DNA from: Tubiluchus corallicola
Lineage: Eukaryota > Animalia > Priapulida
Reading direction: 5' to 3'
DNA: 64,000 nucleotides
NCBI GenBank assembly: GCA_030141605.1
Contig: JAQGDQ010000087.1
Span: forward strand, 124,001 to 188,000
The position numbers and the translations under genes are program-made. The notes under the pieces are model-generated. The model did not search any database. It had not been told where the DNA came from and saw only the letters and a program-made list of their open reading frames with translations. This document shows positions 1 through 11,508 of the stretch, in pieces (position 1 is the first letter of the stretch; the number at the start of each line of letters is the position of its first letter).

Positions 1-121
1 TTTTCATCAAAGGTCACGTATGATTAAGAAACTTCTAAAATACACTCAGAGCATGAAAGAAGTATGTGTTAACACTCCTTGTCCACTGGAGGTCACTACT
101 GTTTTGTTCTGTCAGGCTTAC

Positions 122-381
122 CATGATTTACAAAAAAACTCCTTTCAAAACGCAAAAAACTTGTACGCAATAGAAATTACTGTACAGGATGTAAAAAAAT
201 GAGGCTACAGTACACCTGTGACATAAGTACAAACCGTGTTAAGGCAGGCCCCAGTCCAGTTGTTTTATACGGCATGCTTGGCATTTAGCACCAATAAATT
301 ACTAATCTACCCACCAAGCGTGGCAAATCACTTACAGTGTAATCACATTCACATATTGTAGGAGGAAGTTTGGCCAGGAAG
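122..381 (-). other. Two putative small minus-strand exons (336-381 and 122-215), the latter ending in ATG|GTAAGC
   Basis: 336-381: acceptor ctgacatttcag|, donor ACT|GTAAGT. 122-215: acceptor cttatgtcacag|, donor ATG|GTAAGC. The product cannot be identified within the window. Confidence 0.3.
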
Positions 382-894
382 CTGAAATGTCAGAGACTAG
401 GTTAATTTAAATCGATCTCTTATCCGGCCTTACCGCTGGTTCACAAAATTTTGATAATTAACATTGACAGCCTGCTGTAGCATACACGACAGGTGAAACC
501 AGGTGTAACATTCAAGCTTAACCAATTTCCCTAGTTAATATGCACATAATGATGCACATGAATTATTCAAAATTTTCTACTTTAATGTACCATAAAAGGT
601 GTGTTAACCAATTACTTAACGTTTTACAATTTTCCGAGTAACAGCTAAACACAAGTAAAATATGGAATGCAACTGAAAAAAGTTAACAACAAACCATTAA
701 GTAAGAAACCTTTGCCAATTAACGATGGAATAAGTCATTCTTTAGATGAAAGAGATCTGAAAATACGAAAAAGTCGGACTGAATCTGGATGTGAACCAAA
801 AGCCGTAGGAATACAAGTTTGCGAACACTGGATTTGCCAGTTTTTTTTGCAATTATGACAGATCTTTACGTTTCGCCAACTGGTTGTCTGCATC

Positions 895-1500
895 ATAACT
901 GTACTAAATGTTAGCAATGTTATTACTGAAAGTAAATAATCAATGAACCATGCTAGTATTGAAATCATTGAGTCTTGCCAGTACTGAATCTATGGGATAT
1001 CATCAGTGAACCATGCCAGTACTGAAGGACATAATATTAACTACCATACATACCGATCACGTTAATAAGGAACAAACCGGTCATATTACTAAGGAATTTA
1101 TGTTCATAATACACCAACCATGTAAGGTACAGACTGTCTAAAAGTGCTCAGTTATGCCAGAACATAATTTTCCTAATACAAAAGCCAGGACGGTACCAAA
1201 TTTTTCATCACATTAGCTATGACAGTGTACTAGCAACCACATAGCCATGCCAGAACCAAATGTGGGAAAAACATGCCAACGATTCTAATACTGAAAGTTA
1301 GCAGCAAGAATTCTGGCGTGTCAATATAAAATATTACCTCAACACGATAAACTGCAAACCTATCATGAACTCTAGTTCAATGGCTCTTGCAATACTAAAT
1401 GTTTGTGCATGTATCACAAAAGCTGCTTCAGTAAGAACAGGCGTCGCCATGCCAGTACTGAATGTTTTTAGTAAACTATTCATAACCAGTAATAAATGCT
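895..1500. repeat. Degenerate short-motif array (CCATGCCAGTACTGAA-like)
   Basis: Exact 16-mer at 1011 and 1447, with variants at about 948, 975, 1152, 1245, 1388 and 1482. Confidence 0.6.
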
Positions 1501-2104
1501 GCTTCCATATACTATAGAAATACGCAGACACACGCAAATATAGAACTACTAAAATACCACAATAACAACTATAATTTAAAGAAAAATGAAGCTTACTGTA
1601 ATTTACACATCCACGTCTAACAACTGTTGGGTTTGCAGTGCTACTCAGAGCTCAGATAAATTTCAATACACTTAGGCGCAGCTCGCTTTTCCTTTATTTT
1701 GTACGGCAGAACCAGTAAATACCGCGCTAACCTCAATCCAAGGCAAGACTCACACTGCAACGAATTCCCGAAACCGTTAACGAATTTTAGTTCACAATTC
1801 ACTCTCACACCATTCACTGCTGTTCAGCATCGCCGAGGACTGGAGGAAATCGATGCTACTTTGCTGCACGACACAGCTGAATGAGTTCAAACTACACTGC
1901 ACAGGGAACACACGGAATTGTTCAAATGTTTATGCCTTCTTAGAAGTATCGTAAATGCTTATAATGCTCTTCAACGTAACACCAAATAACATTTCAGCTA
2001 AACATGTAAAAATCCAGATAAGAAATTGGTTGTTATAGTTCAAATATGAAGATTGCTTAAGATAGCTGAAATAATCGTTATGTGTAAACATAGTTATAAA
2101 GTCG

Positions 2105-2118
2105 CCTCCAGATGGCAG
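2105..2118 (+). promoter_or_regulatory. CTCF-like binding motif CCTCCAGATGGCAG
   Basis: 13/14 match to the CCASYAGRKGGCRS consensus, next to a CpG-richer island at about 1670-1920. Confidence 0.4.
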
Positions 2119-2254
2119 CACAACCCTGACAGGCAAATGTGAGCACAAAAGAGAGTGTGAAGTTGGTTGCCTGAACTATTTAAAAAAAACCTTAGATGTT
2201 TTTCTCATTGGAGTAGCATAACTAAAAATTTTATGTCCACAAAAAGGTAGCTCT

Positions 2255-2640
2255 ATAAGTGTATAATCAAAGTTCTAACAATGCCTTCACATTCACAAAT
2301 TATTGTACGTCATATTACTCACAATTTTAAAAAATTATTAAATTTACCTTTTTTAAACTATTGTTGCAAAATTTTTCTATAATAATTAAATTAATTTTAA
2401 GAATGATATACTCTGTACCTGACTTATCTAGAGCTGGCAATTTTACATTTACAAATCAAGTATTTTGAAGCACTATACACGTAAGTCTATAATCAAATTT
2501 TTCACAACACGTTCACTTTGGATAATTCACAAAAGAATAACTGCACGTCATATTGCTCACATATTTAAAAGATTAAACATGCCTTTTTAAAATATGTGAA
2601 TGCATTTCAGTTGTACAATTTTGTAGATTAATTAATTTTA
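2255..2640. repeat. Diverged tandem duplication (about 2255-2400 vs 2482-2640)
   Basis: Shared colinear blocks taagt.tataatcaaa, attcacaaa, acgtcatatt.ctcaca, ccttttt. Confidence 0.65.
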
Positions 2641-3186
2641 AGACATACATAGTCCAACCATGGACAATTTTTTTTTACAATTAGACCAAGGAAGTAGGGA
2701 GCATCAGCCTCACAATTATAATAATTTTTCACCAATAATGAAATCATTTTGTTATCTTACAGAAGACCTTAAAATTAGCAGGTATAGTAGTAGCATATGG
2801 GCTGCATGTGACGAAGTTTGAAAAATTAACAGCATTCTAACTTTCAAGGCACGACGTTTGAAAATAAAAGGCCGGTTTTGTGCAAGCACTTAGATTAGAG
2901 CTTGTACACTGCATGGCTGTTTTGTGAAAACTAGCGTGCAAAAGCTGCTTATAATTTTAAAAAAAGTAAGACCTGGAAATAATATGAAAGATATGCTTGT
3001 ACACTGTTTAGGATCGTACTTCCAGATTGGTTCAGTAAAATTGAGCTAAGATAAAGAAAGTTTGGTGCGCACTATTAAATTTTATGCATCAGTTTGGTGA
3101 AAATTTATATAGGTTCAAAATTATAGGTGAAATAAATTTATATTCATCAACCACATAACTACTTAACCAATATATGTTTTACTCAC

Positions 3187-3277
3187 CAGATTATGCCACT
3201 TCACAATCATGCGGACTTTTAGACATTGTAACCCAAGTCAGAACTTGATGATGATGATACAATGGCATACGGAATGT
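3187..3277 (-). ncRNA. Putative non-coding exon of a minus-strand spliced transcript
   Basis: On the minus strand: strong acceptor tttcttttcgtttacag|, 91 nt with stops in all three frames, and donor CTG|GTGAGT. Confidence 0.45.
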
Positions 3278-5471
3278 CTGTAAACGAAAAGAAACTGTAA
3301 AAGTAACTTCTTTACAATAAATGTTGTCAAGAAACACAATAAAGGTCTGCAAGTCATCGATAAGTGTTCATTTCCTGTACATGTATTTATAAACAATGTC
3401 TAATAGGGCCTTATGCATAAAGAAATGTTTATATGTATTCTATATTAACTATTAACTGATTTCATACATCCAACAAGACAAACTAGAAAGATACAAGATA
3501 TACTTTTTTTTATTATATTTTCATGACTAATAAAGACAACTTATGTCATGTAACCGCAAGCAACACAAGCAAGCAATACACATTACTTTAATAACACTCA
3601 GTACATGTTGCTAAGAGTTGCTGTAGTGCTATAAATAAACATTTTAGTGCAAAAAGGACTTATTTCCTTCTTTTTTATAATGCTGAAAGTAAATTCTCAG
3701 AGAAACTGCTTTTTATGATCTTTGAATTCTGTCTTAATGCTCAAAAACTATTCCTTTACTTTCTGGAATTCTAGTTAATGCCAACTTTTCATTGCCATTA
3801 ATTTTCTCGAGGTTAACAAATTCCAAATGCAGGTAAACAACGCACCACTTTACCATTTAATTACGTGATAATTTGTAGAAATTAAAGATGTAACTTCACT
3901 CAAGCTCAGACATATTTAATGGCTTGAATTGTTAATGAACAGTTTAATGTGGGATAAGATCACCAATGCTGATTGAAGTGCACCACTAATTATGATCAGT
4001 GAGGTGCACTAAGTATTATATACAGGATTTTGCACAAATATTGAGGGAATTATGACAGGTTATTGTGCTATTACTTTTCAACTTTGGGATATATCTAATA
4101 TCTTTCAATAACAATTCCTATCTTTATTATAATCTTTCAAGATTTTATAATGCTCAAAAAATGGAACAAGAGAATGCGGACTACAGCACACTTCAGCCAG
4201 CTAAACTTTTTGAACAACAAATTTTCATTTCACTACGAAAGCAAATTTATATGAAATTTTAAAAATACATGCAAATTGCATACAATTTTCAAGGCCTTGA
4301 TAATAACTGATGAACTATAATTGGAGATGATGTCAAATTCTCAATATTTTCATGTTTTCAGCAATTTGGTTATTTACATTTTTTGAAATTACCACCAGAC
4401 TCTTGACCAACCTTGAAAAAAAAAATTTGGCTCATGATAATTTGTGGTAGAATGTTGCGAATTTTTTAACATTTGGAAAGAAATAGTTTCGAACTTAATT
4501 GAGCACGGAAAATTGATTGTGATTTACGTTTTTACACGTCAAGATGAGTGTTGAGACCAGATATGACACTTGTTAAGGTTATGGCTCAAAAATAAGTTTG
4601 TGAATTTAGTTAAAAATTATAGGATGGTTTTAGTGATCATTCCAAGTTTTGTTAACAATTATTTCTGAGACAGTTACATTGCCTGACAAAACTTATTACA
4701 GGAGTGCTTCTTTATCCTGTCTGACCTATGGTCTGTCTGAAAAATGATACAGGAATCACAAAGGATGACAAAATTATGCCAGTGTTAATGTGGTGTGCTA
4801 CACGGATCTAGAGAACCCACAATCCAAGATCCATGTGATTACAGCGGTTACGCGGTGGCCTCTCTACCATTTCCAGGTGCAAGCCTTTTTCTCCTTAATA
4901 ACGCCAATTTTTTTCAGTCCTTGTTTTATCTTTGTAGCTTTTTCCTTAGCTATATCTCTAGATCGATTCCATACTTCTTTCTTAGCCGTATCACTTTTGA
5001 TACGCGCTCATTTAATTCACTCAGTTTATCGACAAGATCACTATAGAAGTAATCTTCGGCTGTTGCTGTTTCTCCCAATATTTCTATACCTTCTTGCATA
5101 ACAATAAGCGCTTGGTTGTATGCTATTCATTAGAACAAAGCAGGCAGGCCGTATCTAATTTAAATTTCTGCAATTTGCTTTTACTGCAATCATATTAAGT
5201 TTCCACTTTGTTATCTGTGGGGGGGGGGGCTGATTCGGTAACATCATGCTTTTCGCCACCCCTTCGCATTTCGATGGTTTATAAGTGTACAATGTATACT
5301 AATATTAGTAATAAGTAATAATTAACATTTGTTTTTTATGTCAGGAATAAATAAATTTGATTAGATTATCTCACATGCAATCTTCTCAACATACTCATCT
5401 CAGTAATTCATTGTTTTTCCACTGCTCTATTCTATTTCTTAGAAATCGTAGTTTGTTTTTTCATCAATTAC

Positions 5472-5518
5472 CTGCGATAATTGTTCCTTTTTATTTTAAG
5501 TATTTCCATGGTGCTAGC
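5472..5518 (-). ncRNA. Putative small exon of the divergent minus-strand transcript
   Basis: Minus-strand acceptor caactttgcag| and donor CAG|GTAATT. Contains ACCATGG, but no downstream in-frame coding exon was found. Confidence 0.35.
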
Positions 5519-5719
5519 CTGCAAAGTTGAATTTTAAAAATTTATCAAAAATACTTCAAATGCAACCTCAAAAAACATTGCTAGGATAACAAAAAAATTA
5601 TGTTTCGATTTTGAAAATTATGTGTATATTTGTAAATTATACTTATAGTTATGAAAAATTTAAGAAAATCGTGAATTTTCAAAAATGTAAACAAAATACT
5701 GACCTTGCTGTTGAAAGCC

Positions 5720-5790
5720 GCATGCAATGACGTCAGTTTCTCGCGAAGTACGATAACTCGCGTGATTGACTGTGGAGTAATGGCTGCGCG
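5720..5790. promoter_or_regulatory. Probable bidirectional promoter: CRE palindrome TGACGTCA (5728-5735) overlapping Inr-like TCAGTT (5733-5738)
   Basis: Locally CpG-rich island about 0.8 kb upstream of the Liprin-alpha ATG. Splice donors point away from it on both strands (+ GAG|GTCAGT at 6122; - AAG|GTCAGT at 5703). Confidence 0.55.
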
Positions 5791-6121
5791 TTGAGATTTG
5801 TTTGATAAAAGTTTCGTGTATTTTTTGTGTTTCCTGATGGATCCCTAAACCACCGAGCCAGTGAACAATTATTAACGGAAATATTTACGTATGATAGTTA
5901 ACTTTGTTTTGGTTGTTCGTCTTAAAGTGCTCTTATTTTTTAGGAGATTTGAAATGTTGATCATGAAATTTACCAACTGATCCTAATGTGATCATTTAGC
6001 TTTGGTTGAGTAGAAGGCTAGAAGGTATAAACATTTTGATTGCTGAAATTCACCTGGAGGAAGATTTGGAAATTTATGCGAGAATATCATTTTCACGCGA
6101 TAGATGTGATTTTTCTGAGAG
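5735..6121 (+). other. Putative non-coding first exon (5'UTR) of Liprin-alpha; intron 6122-6507
   Basis: Starts at the Inr-like motif and ends at GAG|GTCAGT. The downstream acceptor at 6507 precedes the ATG exon. The start coordinate is approximate. Confidence 0.45.
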
Positions 6122-6544
6122 GTCAGTAATTCGAGATTAAGTGAGTTAAACAGTTAAAATACATGTTGAGCAAATTTGTTTAAACTTTTAATGCACACTA
6201 AGGAGACAGCCTATTTTTCAGGTGAAAGATGTGATAAGCCTAATAAACTTTGTTTGTCTGGGCAGTGTACCATTTTAACTTGTACTTGTATCAATCAGCA
6301 TACGTAATTTGCGAGTAGTGCATAGTAAATTCATTGATATCATGGCTCCTATCTGAGTAAAGAATATCTTAGAACTTTATATCCAATTAAGTACAAGCAT
6401 AGTATTAAAATTTTAATTGCAGTTGAGTTGACCAGTGTGCATTATTAATTATGACTTCTAAAAAATTTAGTTCATTGTAGCAGCAACTGATGTATAAATT
6501 ATTTCAGGTTTAGTGAGGCTGTGGAAGAGAAGTGAGTTAGAAAA

Positions 6545-6646
6545 ATGTGGAATAATATGATGTGTGACGTGATGCCTACCATATCAGAGGACAGTATTTC
6601 ACAGCGCTCTTCTCAGTATGGGGGTGATGATTCTAATTTTGAACAG
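6545..6646 (+). CDS. Liprin-alpha: Liprin-alpha (PPFIA/syd-2 family), first coding exon: MWNNMMCDVMPTISEDSISQRSSQYGGDDSNFEQ
   Basis: Manual translation from the ATG at 6545 gives the characteristic liprin-alpha N-terminus (MMCDVMPTISED...NFEQ), close to the Drosophila protein as I recall it. The exon is preceded by acceptor tttcag|6508 and ends in a phase-0 donor CAG|GTATTA at 6647. Confidence 0.96.
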
Positions 6647-8153
6647 GTATTAAAGTTATTTGTTACTGTATTGTTCATTTCCAAGATTGTGTAGATTCTG
6701 ACACCACTAACATGTACACTGACTTTAGTTCATTATTATTGGCTGTTTGATATTTGCCAATTTTGTATTATATTCCGTCATTAAAGTGCTATAACTTATT
6801 GCAGTGCTGCATTTCACTTATAAGATAGTTATTTACACTCAAAATGCAAGTTCACAAGAACAATTTAAACTAAAGAATTTTAACATACTATTTGCTCAGG
6901 TAAATTTCATTAATACTTGGTCAGTATAATTGGTCAGTAATTAAATAATAACATAGAGCTTGTTAATGTGATCTTGTAGCTTTGTCAACATGATGTCACA
7001 GATTTGTAATCCTACTTTGAGGCCAATATTTATTTAAACATATTTAAATTACATGATTTTCTATCAAACTGCACCTGTTGTATGGCAAAGAAGTTCTGCA
7101 AACATTTGCGAATTTTACTGTCAACGTGTCATAATTGCCATCATCTAGGCTTTGAACCTAGTGTTGTTATTCCAACCAAAAAGTGATGTGCACTTACTTG
7201 TGCAATATAACCATTTTGTACATGATAATTGCTGAAATGAACAAAAATGCAGATTGTTTATACGATATACTGTAATCTTGAATCCAGCATTACACTGCAG
7301 GCCTTCTTAAAGCCAATGGCAGGACCGGAATCTGGCTTATTCAAAACAATCACCTAAGATAAGACCCTGTACTAAAGAGGGGGGCATGTATGTTTTAGCC
7401 ATGTTCAGATGTGAATACATCTTCCTTCAGTAAGACGAGTAGCCAGACGCCAAAATCGCCCATCCATTCTGATTCGCTCACCAGCCTCAATGCTGCTTAA
7501 TTTCTTGGATGCACTAAGTACATACTGTGACCACTCGGCTGTCCGAGCATAGAATTCTAAACACAGGCTAATCACACTGTGTCAGTCTGTACACGTAAAA
7601 TTTTTGTTCAGTACTATTTGTTATTGCTTGTTAAGTTTATTCACATTTTGTTTAATAATGGACTGTAGACTTTTTTGTTTAATGGAAAGTATTAGTTCTT
7701 TTGCACAATGCCAAAACGAAAAGCACATAAAATTGAAAATGGTGACTAGGTTGCAAGGGAGCTTTAAGGTCTTTTAGTGTATGTTCATTTGCATGTAGAA
7801 TTTTAGGCAATCAAAATTCAATGTAGCCCATCCAATGCACTAGAAAATGCATTATAAATTGCAATATCTAGTTTCTACTGAAGCAATTATTTAAGATGTA
7901 AATGAATGCAACTCGAGCTATATAGTATATATCGGAGACAATACTGTCTTGTTGGGCCAATGTTAGCACCTACTGTGCAAACCTATAACCATTTATTCAA
8001 GTTAGTCAGATTATAATAAAATGACATATTTGCCTTTTTTCATTCCAGTATTTTTGTGGCATCATTTTCTAGTCAAAATATGCCTTCCTAGAAATGATGT
8101 AATTATTAATTAGGGCATTAAACTCTTACACGGACTGTGTTTTTTTTGTACAG

Positions 8154-8303
8154 TTAATGATAAACATGTTGGATGAGAGGGATAAGCTGATGGAGAATTT
8201 GCGGGACACACAGGAGAGATTGACAGAAACGCAGGGAAAGTTGGGAGAAACGGAACGAGAACGAGACAGTCTAAGTCGGCAGCTTCAAGCAAATATGCCT
8301 CAG
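8154..8303 (+). CDS. Liprin-alpha: Liprin-alpha second coding exon, N-terminal coiled coil (LH1): LMINMLDERDKLMENLRDTQERLTETQGKLGETERERDSLSRQLQANMPQ
   Basis: Acceptor ttttttttgtacag|TTA at 8153/8154; 150 nt in frame with the previous exon; conserved LMxxMLDERDKL motif; phase-0 donor CAG|GTATGT at 8304. Confidence 0.96.
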
Positions 8304-8560
8304 GTATGTGACTATGCATTCAGGCCTACTATATCCTGATCTTTCAAGCCAAGCAACATAAGGCAGTTTGAATGGTACCATTATGTTACCGTAACTGTAT
8401 TGCTTCAAACAGATGTTAGTCATGATGTTATTAACATAGATGTGATGCGACATTTACTTGATTCAAGTCTGATCCAAGATTTTTTCTTACTGTATCTTGG
8501 TAATTTGCAAGGACATGAAAATGTCATTAGTAGGTTACATGGCTTAGCACAGTTTCTGTA

Positions 8561-11508
8561 CTATTACTTTTTTAACAACAGTTTTAATTAAGCTAAATTA
8601 AACTGTCGTAAAACAGAGCATTGTAATATAGTTAGTCTTGGTAATTGTTAGTGACAAACAAGGAGGAAAGTGTCATGCTAGAAAAAAAGCGAAATTAATG
8701 TCAAATGAAGACATGTCCCAGACAAGTTAATGTAACATCAAATTGGTACGCATTTGGTAATGCTTTTTTCAGAGTTTGAGAGGTAGAATGCTAAGTAATC
8801 CAAAAAACAATCGCTAGCCACATTTGGTTGGACTATGAGAAAGCAAATTAGCACACCTGTTTTAATGTCATTGAAAGTACTCTATATTAGCTGCAAAAAA
8901 ACAAAGTTCACTGCTCTCTTAAGGAAAATAAATTAGAAAGGAACATGAATGTCAGTCCTACCGTTCCTATTGTTCAAAACTTTAAACAATATATTGCCTT
9001 GCGTTTCTTGTAATATTTTTTACATGTACTTTAAGATACTATTCCTTTAATATAAAGGCTAAAGTAGTGCATTAAATGAATTCTGGCTGAGTGCCCGAAA
9101 ATAACTTTGAAAAACCAAAGGCTTTGTCTAAAAGAATGCAAATGCTGCTTAAAAACAACGTTCAGAAAAGTATTGTTAATTTTTATTATTTTAAACGTGG
9201 AGCTTGAGGTTCATTTTCTCAATTTGTAAGATGTCTCATTGCATTGACCTTTGCTTGTGACTTCGTATTTGCAATCTGTTGCAAGGCATTAACTAGTAGT
9301 TGAAAATTGCAGCACAAGATGCAGTTGGTAAATTCGTGACTGTTTGCAAACATTAATCATTAGGCATTTGTGTGACACAACTACATTCCAATGAGTAGAT
9401 TGTATTGGTCACTCTGGTCCGTTCGATTACTGTGCCGACTGTATCGAGGGACCTTCGTCGTACAGCGGAACTGTTTCGACCAATCGTGTTGTATTGATCT
9501 TTGGTGAGTGCCAGTCCAGAGAAGTATCTTGCGCTTGATAACTACATGAGCAAATTTGCAGCGCTTAGCAAAGTTTAAAAGGTTTAATTTTTTATCTAAA
9601 TAGTAACTGGTCAGGGCTATTCAGCGAATTCCGTGCCACATTTTATGTTGCTATGTTTAATGGATGTTTGATAGAGGTTCCATCATTATTAATGAAGAAC
9701 TTTGTGTTTGATTGCACTTGTACATGCAGGTGTCATAAAATGGTTAGCATTTCGCATGTAAATTTGTTTGTTTGCTTTCCATCGTTTACGACTGCTCTGT
9801 TCTTTTGAATGCGTCTGCAGTATGCGCTGCGCTGTAGGAATTTTATACGAAATTCCCTAAATTCGTTAAGGCTTTATATATATCAGAGCGCAGTGCATCA
9901 TCGTGCACGCTCGAATCATTAGGATTCGATTGATTCTCTTGCTGTTAAATACTAGAAGCACGCAGATTCTTTCCCATGCAGAGGAGCGTGATGGAGATAG
10001 CGCTGTTCAAAGCATCTCGGCCGCCCCAGTCAATGTTAATTAAGCGGCCAGGATGTTTAATTTTATTTTCCCATCATTGAAAGCAAATTATACTACTCGC
10101 TTCACGTTTGCTATGTCAATTGTGCTTGTGGTATGTCAATTTGTTCAATCGTTTATTGATTGCTTCCGGTTGGTGATCGATAACTTGGCAAAAAATCGTG
10201 GTAGGGCGAGAGTGTGATGCCGCATGTAAAAATGTTGATTTAATCGATGTGACCCAAATGTGGTGGATATAATTAATGTTGTTTTTAACAACACCAAACC
10301 AGATTCGGCTGTTTGCTGTAGTAACTGCGTGTCAGCGCTGTAAATTTTTTCATTGAATTTTCAAATGGGTTTTCTGGAGTATACAGAAGTAGAAGTTGTA
10401 AAATTTTTCAACTGGTCATCCCTGGTCTTATAGGGCGTCCACACGGTCATTCTAAACACTATCACTGTCGAGTTTGTCAGTGCTGAAGGACCGCGTGAAC
10501 ACAGAGAATGACAGTGGAATTTGAATTGTTCTTTTTTCTTCGATTTCGCTTTCAGTTCGCAGCGCCTGCTAAAACAAAGCTCGTTTTTCATACAATGAGT
10601 TTTGGCGCTATTTCTGAAATGAAGAGAAGTTAAAGAACACCCTTTAAAGCTTCAACATTAGTTATGCGTAAGTAATTGTCAGTGAAAACTGATCATATAC
10701 ATAGAGAGGTCAGCATTTTGAATGTCAGTCTTTGAAGGACCGTGTGGACTAGGTATTAAAGTGAACTAGGTCTTAGGGTGAGGCATTTAAGTGAGCGTTT
10801 TCCTCTCTACGTATGTACACCTTGAACAAGCACACTAGTTATTCCACGTTTAAAATAATAAAAATTAACAAAATTTTTCTGAACCTTGTTTTTAAACAGC
10901 ATTTGCATTCTTTTAGACAAAGCCATTGGTTTTTCAAAGTTATTTTCGGGCACTCAGCCAGAATTCATTTAATGCACTACTTTAGCTTTTATATTAAAGG
11001 AATAGTATCTTAAAGTACATTTGAAAAAATTACAAGAAACGCAAGGCAATATATTGTTCAAAGTTCTGAACAAAAGGAATGTTAGGACTGACATTCATGT
11101 TCCTTTCTAATTTATTTTCCTTAAGAGAGCAGTGAACTTTGTTTTTTTTGCAGCTAATATAGAGTACTTTCACTACCAGGAATTAACAATGACATTAAAA
11201 CAGGTGTGCTAATTTGCTTTCTCATAGTACAACCAAATGTGGCTAGCGATTGTTTTTTGTTTACTTAGCATACTAACTCTGAAAAACTCTCAAACTCTGA
11301 AAAAAGTATTACCAAATGCGTACCAATTTGATGTTACATTAACTTGTCTGGGACATGTCTTCATTTGACATTAATTTCGCTTTTTTTCTAGCATGACACT
11401 TTCCTCCTTGTTTGTCACTAACAATTACCAAGACTAACTATATTACAATGCTCTGTTTTACGACAGTTTAATTTAGCTTAATTAACACTGTTGTTAAAAA
11501 AGTAATAG
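8561..11508. repeat. Long inverted repeat (fold-back): arms 8561-9201 and 10843-11508, spacer 1641 bp
   Basis: Manual reverse-complement alignment shows 2 mismatches in the outer ~220 bp, with scattered mismatches and two small indels further in. Confidence 0.97.
10433..10753. mobile_element. Decayed small MITE (Harbinger-like termini) inside the fold-back spacer
   Basis: GTCCACACGGTC at about 10437 is the reverse complement of GACCGTGTGGAC at about 10738, with imperfect extension inward. Confidence 0.45.

Noticed and set aside
895-1500. CRISPR interpretation of the CCATGCCAGTACTGAA array
   Set aside because: Repeats are short, degenerate and irregularly spaced; eukaryotic context, no cas genes.
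8304-8339. C-terminal tail VCDYAFRPTIS of ORF 8157-8339
   Set aside because: Read-through past the CAG|GTATGT donor; liprin-alpha similarity stops at MPQ.
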